The position numbers were made by a program, and so were the translations under genes. Below, one piece after another: positions 15,874 through 24,599 of a DNA stretch of 38,599 nt (the stretch's first letter is position 1; each line of letters begins with the position of its first letter). Under the pieces are notes generated by a model that had not been told where the DNA came from, did not search any database, and worked only from the letters and a program-made list of their open reading frames with translations. Origin of the DNA: a virus (taxonomy: Duplodnaviria; Caudoviricetes); IMG/VR virus record IMGVR_UViG_3300032225_000947, positions 1 through 38,599 of that record, one strand, 5' to 3'.

Positions 15874-16155
15874 TTAGTTGATGCAGGATGGTGTGTGTTC
15901 GCCTGCGAGTTTGCAGTTCGGACACAGATCGGCGACGATCCACCATTCGGTGACGTACTCGTCGGCTGTGTGCTTGAGCCAGCGGTAGGTGATGCCGCCG
16001 AGTTCCCTCCAGATGAACGCGTCGGCGTCGTCATGGTCCCGGAAAATATGACCATGGTCATCAATTTTTTTAGCATTGTTGGCGCAGAAGGTCACGTCCA
16101 GTGAACTATCAACCTGCCTCACGAGCGCGAGGACAACGAAGTCGGTGGTGATCAC
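15874..16155 (-). CDS. Hypothetical protein
   Basis: GTGA overlap with the upstream gene; C-terminal CPNC..H..C. Confidence 0.55.
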   Translation of the reverse strand: MITTDFVVLALVRQVDSSLDVTFCANNAKKIDDHGHIFRDHDDADAFIWRELGGITYRWLKHTADEYVTEWWIVADLCPNCKLAGEHTPSCIN

Positions 16156-16514
16156 TTCGGCTCGCAAGGAATCGCGGCCAAGTCGTGGATGCTGCCGGAA
16201 TGCTCGCAGTCAACGCAGAAGCGATCATTGACGCTGATGTAGTTGATCCGATGCTCGTGAATGACTTCTTCGGCCACGATCGCGAAGTCTGGGCCGTTCG
16301 TGATCAGCTGGAGGATCGGCTCGCCGCTCTCATCCAGCTTCAGGGCGGTGTGCGTCCACGAGCGAGCGGATGCCTTGACGTACTCAAACGCTTGCTCGAC
16401 CGTGTGGCCGGCTGAATGGTAGGGCGTAAAGTCTGAGACGTTGCCGAAGACGTCACACCAGGCGACGTCTGCGATGCCGTCTTCGGCTGTGCCTCTTGCG
16501 ATGGTGATGTTCAT
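16152..16514 (-). CDS. Hypothetical protein, first gene of the leftward operon
   Basis: GGGGAG RBS; H...CVDC...C. Confidence 0.6.
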   Translation of the reverse strand: MNITIARGTAEDGIADVAWCDVFGNVSDFTPYHSAGHTVEQAFEYVKASARSWTHTALKLDESGEPILQLITNGPDFAIVAEEVIHEHRINYISVNDRFCVDCEHSGSIHDLAAIPCEPK

Positions 16515-16560
16515 GTCTCCCCATTTCTGCACCCCGGATGGGTGCTTCTGGATGTAGTTA

Positions 16561-16609
16561 ACAGTACCCCGTGAGGGGTGTCAAGTCGAGCGAGAATTTC
16601 GGCGTGTCG
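16561..16609 (-). promoter_or_regulatory. Leftward promoter: CGACACGCCG box, TTGACA, dyad ACCCCtcacGGGGT, TACTGT
   Basis: Read on the minus strand upstream of ATG 16514. Confidence 0.5.
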
Positions 16610-16649
16610 TGATAAAATTTCCTCACGAAATCAACGTTTTTTGATAACT

Positions 16650-17215
16650 AAATAGGGTTTATCGCTTGCTTCGTATTGGGTTTATTGAGAGTTCCGTATT
16701 GCTTTGCGCCGGCACTAGATTGGGCGAGCCGGCGCGACCTGGAGCCGACCAGCTTTACCCCAGCTTTGGTACACCTTGGCGCTCGGGTGGGTTTATCGCT
16801 CAAGCCGTATTGAGGGTTTATCGGGTCTGCCGTATAGGGTTTATTGGGTTTATCGTATAAGCCGTATAAGGCCCAGCTGTCGGACATGTCGGGAATGTCG
16901 GACATGACACCATATGTCCGATTTGCCCTAGAATGTGGGGCTAGTGTCCCCCTAGTGGGGGGAGACAATCCGGACATGGCCCTAGAACGGCCTAGAACGG
17001 GCCTAGAATCGGTTAGATATCGCCCTAAGGTGATTACCCCGGAAGGGTATTCTTGAGCCTCTTAGGTGCCTTTACGGCCCGTAAAAGGTGAGCTTAAAAT
17101 CCTGGCGCGCTATGGTCGAATAGGTCCGGCAATAAAAAAGTCCGGACCCCGTCCCGCTGAAGGAACGAAAGTCCGGACCGATGTCTCAGACGTTAGGTGC
17201 CTAGGCACCTAAGGA
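16650..17215. repeat. Non-coding block of nested short repeats and palindromes
   Basis: GGGTTTAT[CT]G x6, CGTAT[AT] x6, CGGACAT x4 (one inverted), CCTAGAA x4, AAAGTCCGGACC x2, 20-bp palindrome at 17193-17212. Confidence 0.8.
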
Positions 17216-17251
17216 AAGGTCCCGACAGTGCCGAGACCTAACCCTAGACAA

Positions 17252-18112
17252 CTAGGCGAATACGGGGACGCGCACGAAGCCGGACGCGTCAGCCTTGCCT
17301 CGGGAACCCTTAGCGCGTAGGCCGACCACTACGCCACGCGGGTCAAGCGTCCTATCGTCCGTTAGGTCCCCATCGATCACGGGGAACCCTAGGAAAGTTT
17401 CCGGTAGTGGGTCGCCCTTGCGCACTGCGAACGGGATGGCGACGTTAACCCCGGACGCTAGGTCGGCAATGATGTCCGCGTCGGTCGTGGTTTCTTTCGC
17501 GCTTCGCGTCAAATGGTAGCCGGCCATCGGCGCACGATCGGTCATTCTGTAGGCGGTGTAGTCATATGGCCGCACGCCCATGGCGATAGCCAAGCGCAAG
17601 CCGGTGGGGGCGATGGCTTCCCATCGTATGTCGGTGATGACGTTTAGCCGTAGGCCTATCTCCCCGTACTTTCGAAGCGCGCGCCTAATCTCGGCACCTA
17701 TGAGTAGGCCGGCGCTCACGGGATGCGCCAACAAGAAGGCGTGGCGGACCTGGCGCGCCAGCTGTGTGGACGTGAATTGACCATGACCCGCGAATGCCAG
17801 ACAGGCTTGCCGGCATCCAGCGGACGCCATAGGGCAAGCATTGATAGGCCGGAGTAGCCCGAAGCGCGCATGGTCTAGTGATGCGGCTGGCGTCAACATA
17901 AGCCCGAAGGTCGGCATCTCAGACTTGCCTAGTTTCGGTTGCGTCTCTGGACTTGTGAGCATATCGGCGGACCCGGTGAAGCCGTAGCGCTCACGGAATG
18001 CCGAATAGGTGGCCCTAGCGCGTCCGGCTGACATACCTTGCAAGCCTGCCACTAGGCCATCATCAAAGCCGCCGCGCATAAGTACCGATTCGGCGTAAGT
18101 CAATCCCGTCAT
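17252..18112 (-). CDS. GP88-like Cys-cluster protein (possible Fe-S enzyme)
   Basis: AAGGGGAG RBS; CPMASAGCRQACL, RLNVITDI, YDYT, VIDGD.TDDR.LDP..VVVGLRAKG. Confidence 0.7.
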   Translation of the reverse strand: MTGLTYAESVLMRGGFDDGLVAGLQGMSAGRARATYSAFRERYGFTGSADMLTSPETQPKLGKSEMPTFGLMLTPAASLDHARFGLLRPINACPMASAGCRQACLAFAGHGQFTSTQLARQVRHAFLLAHPVSAGLLIGAEIRRALRKYGEIGLRLNVITDIRWEAIAPTGLRLAIAMGVRPYDYTAYRMTDRAPMAGYHLTRSAKETTTDADIIADLASGVNVAIPFAVRKGDPLPETFLGFPVIDGDLTDDRTLDPRGVVVGLRAKGSRGKADASGFVRVPVFA

Positions 18113-18194
18113 GTTCTCCCCTTATCAATGCCACTAGGTAGGTCCTAGGCGCATCCCCCCACCTACCGACACGCCGATAGGTGAGGGGACGCCA

Positions 18195-18419
18195 CTAGCC
18201 CGAAATGATCCGCCCATCTCGCGCGCACTCCCCCGGCCACAACCGGACAACGTTAACCCCGTCAACGTCAAACCATGAATTCAACCCCACGCCCATAACT
18301 TTCGAATGATCTAGCGCACCTTGCATCAGCGCATCCGTGGCACCAGCAGCAGTCCAACCGACTGCCATGAAATCAAACGACCGGGAATCGTAGGTAGCGA
18401 CAAACACCGCCGCCCTCAC
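18195..18419 (-). CDS. Hypothetical protein
   Basis: GGAGG-like context; GTGA overlap. Confidence 0.55.
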   Translation of the reverse strand: MRAAVFVATYDSRSFDFMAVGWTAAGATDALMQGALDHSKVMGVGLNSWFDVDGVNVVRLWPGECARDGRIISG

Positions 18420-18775
18420 GACACGCCACCAATCTCAACAAACACCAATGCGCCCGACTCACACACGGGACACACGCCCGTCAGATCGTTCACAACCTCA
18501 ATTGTGAACCCATGTGAGGACTCCCAACCACACGATGAGCACTTAACACTCACGCCGACACCCTCGTCGTTAGCCGTGTAGCACGCATGCCAACACTCAT
18601 CACACACAAACGAACCCGCGTGAACATCGCACTCCGACGTTTCCGTCACCTGATCCCCACACACGTCACAGCATGCGTTAACGCTTCCTGCCATATCTGA
18701 GACATCCCCCAACAGCCGTGCGGCTTCGTCTTCGTTGACTATCTGGCCGATGCCAAGCCATTTTGCGTCGCTCAT
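18416..18775 (-). CDS. Multi-CxxC Zn-finger protein
   Basis: CDVC, CDEC, CSSC, CPVC. Confidence 0.6.
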   Translation of the reverse strand: MSDAKWLGIGQIVNEDEAARLLGDVSDMAGSVNACCDVCGDQVTETSECDVHAGSFVCDECWHACYTANDEGVGVSVKCSSCGWESSHGFTIEVVNDLTGVCPVCESGALVFVEIGGVS

Positions 18776-19127
18776 CGGGCCACGCTCCAGACGTATCCGT
18801 AGCGTGCTGCCAAGCGTGCGCGCTTCGCAGTGTGTGCGCGTAGGTCAATCTTCATTGCCTCTCCCCACATTGTCGGTTGCCACGTGTGTGGCATGGGGAA
18901 AGTGTAGCCCCCGTCAAGGGTAGGGGGATACCATGTCAAGGACCAAACACATTGCAACTTGATAACGGAATATCCACAAGCTGTCCCCCTAGCACGTCCC
19001 CCCAACCTGGCCCGAAAGAACTACCGGGAATTCCCACAATCCCGATAGGAAAAGCCGGCGCGCATTAGGGGGGGGTATATTTCCTATTCGTGTGGGAATC
19101 GGTCCCTAACGGTTTGGGGTGTGTGTG

Positions 19128-19595
19128 ATGGTGTTGTCTCGGTCTCAGGAGGTTGTGGTTCGTGAGCGTGAGGTGGCGGCGATTGATTTGCGTCGTGAGG
19201 GTTTGACGTATGGGGAGATTGCGGAGCGTTTGGGGTATGCGGATGGGACGGGTGCGCGGAATGCTGTGGTGCGGGGGTTGGATCGGGCGTTGCGTGAGCC
19301 GTCGGATGAGTTGCGTGAGTTGGAGGCGGCGCGTTTGGATCGGGCGCAGGTGGCGATTTGGCCTGGTGTGTTGTCGGGGGATGTAAAGAATGTTTTGGCG
19401 TTGATCAAGATTATGGAGCGTAGGGCGCGCTTGTTGGGGTTGGATGCGCCGTTGAAGGTGTCGGGGGATGTTACGGTGTTTGAGGGTGGTGACGTGGATA
19501 GGGAGGTGCAGCGTCTTGCCGAACTCCTCGCTGGTGTTGGGGAAGCACATCGTGGCGGCTTCGAGGATGGTGTGGGAGGGTCAGCTGGCTCGTAG
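19128..19595 (+). CDS. terS: Terminase small subunit (HTH)
   Basis: AIDLRREGLTYGEIAERLGY...ERRARLLGLDAP, directly upstream of TerL. Confidence 0.8.
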   Translation: MVLSRSQEVVVREREVAAIDLRREGLTYGEIAERLGYADGTGARNAVVRGLDRALREPSDELRELEAARLDRAQVAIWPGVLSGDVKNVLALIKIMERRARLLGLDAPLKVSGDVTVFEGGDVDREVQRLAELLAGVGEAHRGGFEDGVGGSAGS

Positions 19596-20859
19596 TGAGC
19601 AGTTGCCTCCTGAGGGTGTGTGGTCTTCGTGGTTGTTTGTTGCTGGGCGTGGTGCGGGTAAGACTCGTACTGCTGCTGAGTGGGTTGCGGCACAGGCTAC
19701 GTCGTCTAAGTGTCGTGTGGCGGTGGTGGGGCCGACGTTTGCTGATGCTCGGGATGTGTGTGTTGAGGGTGATTCTGGTTTGTTGGGGGTGTTGCAGCGG
19801 TATCGGGTGGTTGATTCGTGGAATAGGTCCCAGGGGCAACTCCGGTTGACTAATGGTTCGCTGGTGCGGTGTTTTTCGGGGGAGGAGCCGGAGCGTCTGC
19901 GTGGTCCTCAGCATCATTTTGCGTGGATTGATGAGCTTGCTGCGATGCCTCGGCAGCGGGAGATTTGGGATCAGCTCAGGTTTGGGTTGCGTCTTGGTTT
20001 GAAGCCTCAGGTGGTGGTGACGACGACTCCTCGCCCGACGGCGTTGATGCGTGAGTTGTTGGCTCGTGATGATGGTTCTGTTGCGGTGTCTCGGGGTTCA
20101 ACGTTTGATAACCGGGCGAATCTTGCCCCTGATGCGTTGAAAGAACTTATGGCTAGGTATGAGGGCACTCGTCTTGGGCAGCAGGAGTTGTTTGGTGTCC
20201 TTTTGGAGGACGCTGAGGGGGCTTTGTGGAAGATCGGTGTGCTGGATAGGAACCGTGTTCATAAGGCTCCTGATGATGTTGTGAGGCGTGTCATTTCAGT
20301 TGATCCGGCTATCACTCAAGGTGGTGATGAGACGGGCATCATTGTCTGTTCCAGGGACCGTAATGGTCATGGGTTTGTTGAGGCGGATCATTCAATGCGT
20401 GGTGCGCCGATGGATTGGGCGCGGAAAGTTGTGTCAGCTTTTGACCATTACGAGGCTGATGCGATTGTTGTTGAAGTGAATCAGGGCGGTGAGATGGTCA
20501 CTCAAACATTAAGAACTGTTCGAGATAACCTGCCGATTAAAGAAATCCGCGCATATAAGGGTAAGAAGTTGCGTGCAGAACCAGTAAGCGCCTTGTATGA
20601 ACAGGATCGTGTCCACCATGTTGGTGTGTTGGAGGCTCTTGAGACGCAGATGACGACGTGGACGCCGGACGATAGAACTTCACCTGACCGTCTTGATGCT
20701 TTGGTGCATGGTTTGACGGAGTTGATGATGTCTGGTGGGACGGAAGCATATTTGCGTAGTTTGTCGGTACTATGCTCTTGCGGAATGCCCAACACGACTG
20801 GCTCCGTTGTTTGCTCGTATTGTGGCGCGGTCTTAGGAGACGATGGTGGGTTGGCGTGA
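19516..20859 (+). CDS. terL: Terminase large subunit with C-terminal Zn ribbon
   Basis: Walker A GRGAGKT, LRGPQ..AWIDE, VVTTTP, SVDPA, DRLDALV; TTG 19516 follows GGGAGG. Confidence 0.95.
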   Translation: MPNSSLVLGKHIVAASRMVWEGQLARSEQLPPEGVWSSWLFVAGRGAGKTRTAAEWVAAQATSSKCRVAVVGPTFADARDVCVEGDSGLLGVLQRYRVVDSWNRSQGQLRLTNGSLVRCFSGEEPERLRGPQHHFAWIDELAAMPRQREIWDQLRFGLRLGLKPQVVVTTTPRPTALMRELLARDDGSVAVSRGSTFDNRANLAPDALKELMARYEGTRLGQQELFGVLLEDAEGALWKIGVLDRNRVHKAPDDVVRRVISVDPAITQGGDETGIIVCSRDRNGHGFVEADHSMRGAPMDWARKVVSAFDHYEADAIVVEVNQGGEMVTQTLRTVRDNLPIKEIRAYKGKKLRAEPVSALYEQDRVHHVGVLEALETQMTTWTPDDRTSPDRLDALVHGLTELMMSGGTEAYLRSLSVLCSCGMPNTTGSVVCSYCGAVLGDDGGLA

Positions 20860-23623
20860 AGGCGTAGCGAAAGCTCTCAACCTTCCTGTTGGGGCTGTGA
20901 CGCAGACTGAGCAGCAGATTGCGGCACAAGTTCCGACATCTGGAACTACAGCCACACCTTTGGAGCGTCGACCTGAGGACTATGTTGTCCCGTTTGCTCC
21001 AGGCCGGCCCCTTATCCCGTCACTGATTAACGTCCCGCGTGAAGATGGCCGTTCCGCTCCTCGCCGTTCAGAGTTCCCTGTCGCGTGGAACCTTCAAATC
21101 ACTGAACAGCGTGTTGTACCGTTCCGTCTTCTCAGAGATGTTGCTGACGGCTCGGATATTGTCCGTAAATGCATTGAGGTAGTTAAGTCTGCTGTTATCG
21201 GTATGCAGTGGGACATTGTGATGTCCCCGGATGCGACTTCCCGCATTATGACGGAGCCAACAACGACAGGTCATACTGCTGCCAGCCGTGAAGCCCATGA
21301 TCGACTGTTGCCGGATGTTCTGCGTTGCCGCGACTTCTGGAGTATGCCCGACCGGATCAACGGCCTGTCGTTCCCTGAATGGGTCGGCATGGCTCTTGAG
21401 GAAATGCTTGTCATTGATGCTCTCAGCATTTACCCGAATAAGACCCTTGATCAAGAAAACTTGCATTCGCTTGAAATTCTTGACGGCACAACGATTAAAC
21501 CTCTCTTGGATGATCGTGGTGGCCGTCCGGTTCCCCCACATCCTGCTTTTCAGCAGATTCTTTGGGGTTTCCCCCGTGGAGAATTCGTTTATACAGCTGA
21601 CGCTGATGGCGAATTCACTGCCGACGACCTGATTTACGCCCCCCGCACCCGTAGGCCGTTCTCCCCCTACGGTTTGAGTGCAGTTGAGCGTGCCCTACCG
21701 ATGATTGACCTGTATATGAAGCGCCTCCAGTGGCTGCGTACGGAGTTCACTGATGGTGTGACTCCTGACGTGTTCATGGAGACGGATGCTTCGTATGGCG
21801 GCAATCCTGAACTTCTTCGCGCCTATGAGCGTATTTTCAACGACGATCTGGCCGGCAAGACGGAGCAGCGGCGTCGCGCACGGATGCTTCCTGAGGGTAT
21901 GCACCCGATTTTCCCGCCAGGTTTGGATGTTAAATACTCCCCAGACTTTGACGAGTACCTTGTTAAGCAGATTTGCGGTCATTTCGGTGTAATGCCGACA
22001 CAGATCGGTTTTTCACCTAAGGGTGGTCTTGGTGGTAAGGGTATTCAGCAAGGTGAGGCTGCTTCTCAGGAAGTTTTGAACATTAAACCGATGGTGATGT
22101 GGCTCACCGACCTGTGTAACCAGTTGTCGTACAAGTTCCTCAACATGCCGCGTGATCTAACGTTCAAGTTCACTTACGAGAACGAGATCGCTGACGATAG
22201 AGCGGCGAAACGTCGTGAGGAAATGCTCACTTCGGGACAGATCACGATTAATGAGGCTCGAGCTGAGCTTGGTTACCCGCTTTTCACGTTCCCTGAGGCT
22301 GACATGCCTTTCGTGAGCGTTAATCTGATTCCGGCGGGTAACGTGCAGGAGATCCTCGCCGGCGATGGCGTGCAAGTGGAGCATCCTGAAGATATTGGGC
22401 ACGAACATCCCGAGGAGAAGCCTGAGCAGCCTGAGCGTCAGGAAATGCACTCGGTGGAAACTCCCGTTAATCGGCCTAAGTCTGTTGAGGCTAACCCGAT
22501 CAGCATCGAGTTGAACGCTTTTGCTAAATGGACTAAAGGGTCGCGCAAGCGACCATTTATGTTTGAGTTCCTCGACACGGACAAGAGCAAGGCCCTTAAC
22601 GCTTTAGCGCAGCACGACCCCAACGCTGCTAGGGAACTGGCTTTCGTTTTCAAAGGCAAAATGAAGACAGAGAACGGCAAGCAGTATCCGGCGGCAGCTT
22701 TTGCTTATGTTCCTGACGCCGACAAGCCGTCAACCTGGAAACTGCGCCTGTGGGAGGACGACAAGCCGACCGCCGCTCAGGTGGGTAGGGCTGTTGCTGC
22801 TTTGGGTGAAGGTTTCCGTGGGAACAAGGTTGAGATTCCTGCGAAGGATTTGTCTGAGGTGAAGGCGAAGGTTCGTGCCGCGTGGCAGGAAGTTCACGAC
22901 AAGGACGAGGAACTCCCTGACCTGTTGAAAGGCGCGAGCGTGTCGGTGGGTTCTTTCGTGTCGTGGGATTCGTCAGGTGGTACGGCTCGCGGCAAAGTTG
23001 AGCGCGTAGTTAATGACGGAAAACTTAATGTGCCCGATTCGTCTTTCGCTATTACGGGGACTGAGGATGATCCGGCTGTGTTGATCCGCGTTTATCACGA
23101 GGGCGAGGATGGTTGGGAGCCTACGGATACGCGGGTGGGGCATCGGGCTTCTACGTTGACGCGGATTGAGGCGTTGAAGGCTGCTGATGGTTTTACTCCT
23201 CCGAAGGGTGTGCGTGAGGCGGCGAAGCGTGCCCTTGAATGGATTAAGGAAGGCCATGCCGGTGACGGTTTCACAGACACGGGCCGTAAGCGTGCAGCTG
23301 ACCTCGCGGCTGGGAGAAGCCTGTCTGCTGAGACGGTTAACCGGATGCGTTCGTTCTTTGCCCGTCATGGGGTTGACTCTAAGGCTGAGGGTTTTAATTC
23401 TGGTGAGGATGGTTTCCCGTCACCGGGACGTGTGGCTTGGGATGCGTGGGGCGGCGATGCCGGTAAGTCGTGGGTTGATTCGCTGAATACTGATAAGTCC
23501 GTGAAGGCGAGTGATGCCGGGGGGCGAGACGTTACCCCCAGGCACATTGGGGGCGACACACCAGCACGAGGTAGTGTCAACGGCGAGGACGCTTCTGGAG
23601 CATTCTCTTGGAATCGACGCTGA
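20843..23623 (+). CDS. Portal protein with three appended C-terminal domains (926 aa)
   Basis: SPYGLSAVE, ICGHFGVMPTQIGF and ITINEARAELG portal motifs in the first about 500 aa. Confidence 0.88.
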   Translation: MVGWREGVAKALNLPVGAVTQTEQQIAAQVPTSGTTATPLERRPEDYVVPFAPGRPLIPSLINVPREDGRSAPRRSEFPVAWNLQITEQRVVPFRLLRDVADGSDIVRKCIEVVKSAVIGMQWDIVMSPDATSRIMTEPTTTGHTAASREAHDRLLPDVLRCRDFWSMPDRINGLSFPEWVGMALEEMLVIDALSIYPNKTLDQENLHSLEILDGTTIKPLLDDRGGRPVPPHPAFQQILWGFPRGEFVYTADADGEFTADDLIYAPRTRRPFSPYGLSAVERALPMIDLYMKRLQWLRTEFTDGVTPDVFMETDASYGGNPELLRAYERIFNDDLAGKTEQRRRARMLPEGMHPIFPPGLDVKYSPDFDEYLVKQICGHFGVMPTQIGFSPKGGLGGKGIQQGEAASQEVLNIKPMVMWLTDLCNQLSYKFLNMPRDLTFKFTYENEIADDRAAKRREEMLTSGQITINEARAELGYPLFTFPEADMPFVSVNLIPAGNVQEILAGDGVQVEHPEDIGHEHPEEKPEQPERQEMHSVETPVNRPKSVEANPISIELNAFAKWTKGSRKRPFMFEFLDTDKSKALNALAQHDPNAARELAFVFKGKMKTENGKQYPAAAFAYVPDADKPSTWKLRLWEDDKPTAAQVGRAVAALGEGFRGNKVEIPAKDLSEVKAKVRAAWQEVHDKDEELPDLLKGASVSVGSFVSWDSSGGTARGKVERVVNDGKLNVPDSSFAITGTEDDPAVLIRVYHEGEDGWEPTDTRVGHRASTLTRIEALKAADGFTPPKGVREAAKRALEWIKEGHAGDGFTDTGRKRAADLAAGRSLSAETVNRMRSFFARHGVDSKAEGFNSGEDGFPSPGRVAWDAWGGDAGKSWVDSLNTDKSVKASDAGGRDVTPRHIGGDTPARGSVNGEDASGAFSWNRR

Positions 23624-24599
23624 ACAACTTGCTTCTGACTATTTGAGTAATCCTGTCGCGGATAATGCCGCATGGATTCTTGCTCAGGGCTATCAGGCTG
23701 TTGACCCAACTAAAGCTAGTGACGTGTTGAAGGATTTGATTCTTGCGTCGTTCTTTATCGGTACGGCAACAGGTCTGGCTAACGTTAAGGGTGGTCGGGT
23801 TGATTGGGCTGGTTGGGTTGTCGGGCAAATCCCTCCGGTAGGTGATTCTCTTTCGTTGCGTGAGATCACCGATCAGATTGCTACAACTGTCGCCGGCATT
23901 AACGATACGCGTTTGAAGCGTATAGCCGCGATCCTCACAAGCAATTTCACTCAGGAAGAACTTGCTCAGGTCATTAATGCTCATCTTGATGAGGTGCGTA
24001 GTGAGTGGGCGGAGGAGGTGGCGGTAACAGAGTCACGCAAGGCTGTTATTGGCGGTTTAGTAGATGAGTATCAACGTCAGAACGTTCCACTGGTGCGCTG
24101 GGTTGTCGGTAGCGGTAATCCTTGCCCGTTCTGTGTGGAGCAGTCTCGGCGGGGGCCACAACCTCTGGCAGGTTTCATCATGCCTCCGGCTCACCCGTGG
24201 TGCCAATGCGATCTTCTTCCTGTTACAGGGTTAAAGGCGGCTCGGCAGGTTGTAACTGATGCTCTTGAGGCTCTGGATGAGATTCCGATGGTTGATGAGG
24301 ACCATATTGAGGTTCCGTGGCCTATTACGCATCGCCCTAAGCTTGATCCTGAAGTGTGGGAAGAATCTGCTCTAGCAACGGTGCGTATTGAGGATTTGTA
24401 TGCGTCGCAGAAGTTGTTGACGAAGGATCGTGTCGCATTTTTTATTAAGAGTCAGGGCAGTATTGAGCCAGGGCGGCGTGCGCTTCCAAACGTGTATGCT
24501 TTCAATGGCCGTAATGTGATTGTGGATGGGCATCATAGGCTTGCTGCCTTCTGGCTTATGGGCGCAGAATTATCAAACGCTTGGTTTCTGGAGGAATAA
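23511..24599 (+). CDS. MuF-like minor head protein fused to a ParB/Srx-like domain
   Basis: AVTESR, CPFC...PPAHPWCQC (MuF); LYASQ...IVDGHHRLAA (ParB-like). Confidence 0.75.
   Translation: MMPGGETLPPGTLGATHQHEVVSTARTLLEHSLGIDAEQLASDYLSNPVADNAAWILAQGYQAVDPTKASDVLKDLILASFFIGTATGLANVKGGRVDWAGWVVGQIPPVGDSLSLREITDQIATTVAGINDTRLKRIAAILTSNFTQEELAQVINAHLDEVRSEWAEEVAVTESRKAVIGGLVDEYQRQNVPLVRWVVGSGNPCPFCVEQSRRGPQPLAGFIMPPAHPWCQCDLLPVTGLKAARQVVTDALEALDEIPMVDEDHIEVPWPITHRPKLDPEVWEESALATVRIEDLYASQKLLTKDRVAFFIKSQGSIEPGRRALPNVYAFNGRNVIVDGHHRLAAFWLMGAELSNAWFLEE

Noticed and set aside
16650-17010. CRISPR array or protein-coding ORFs (16648-16977, 16666-16860, 16844-17056)
   Set aside because: The repeats are 6-11 bp and irregularly spaced with no unique spacers, and the ORF translations merely mirror the DNA repeats.
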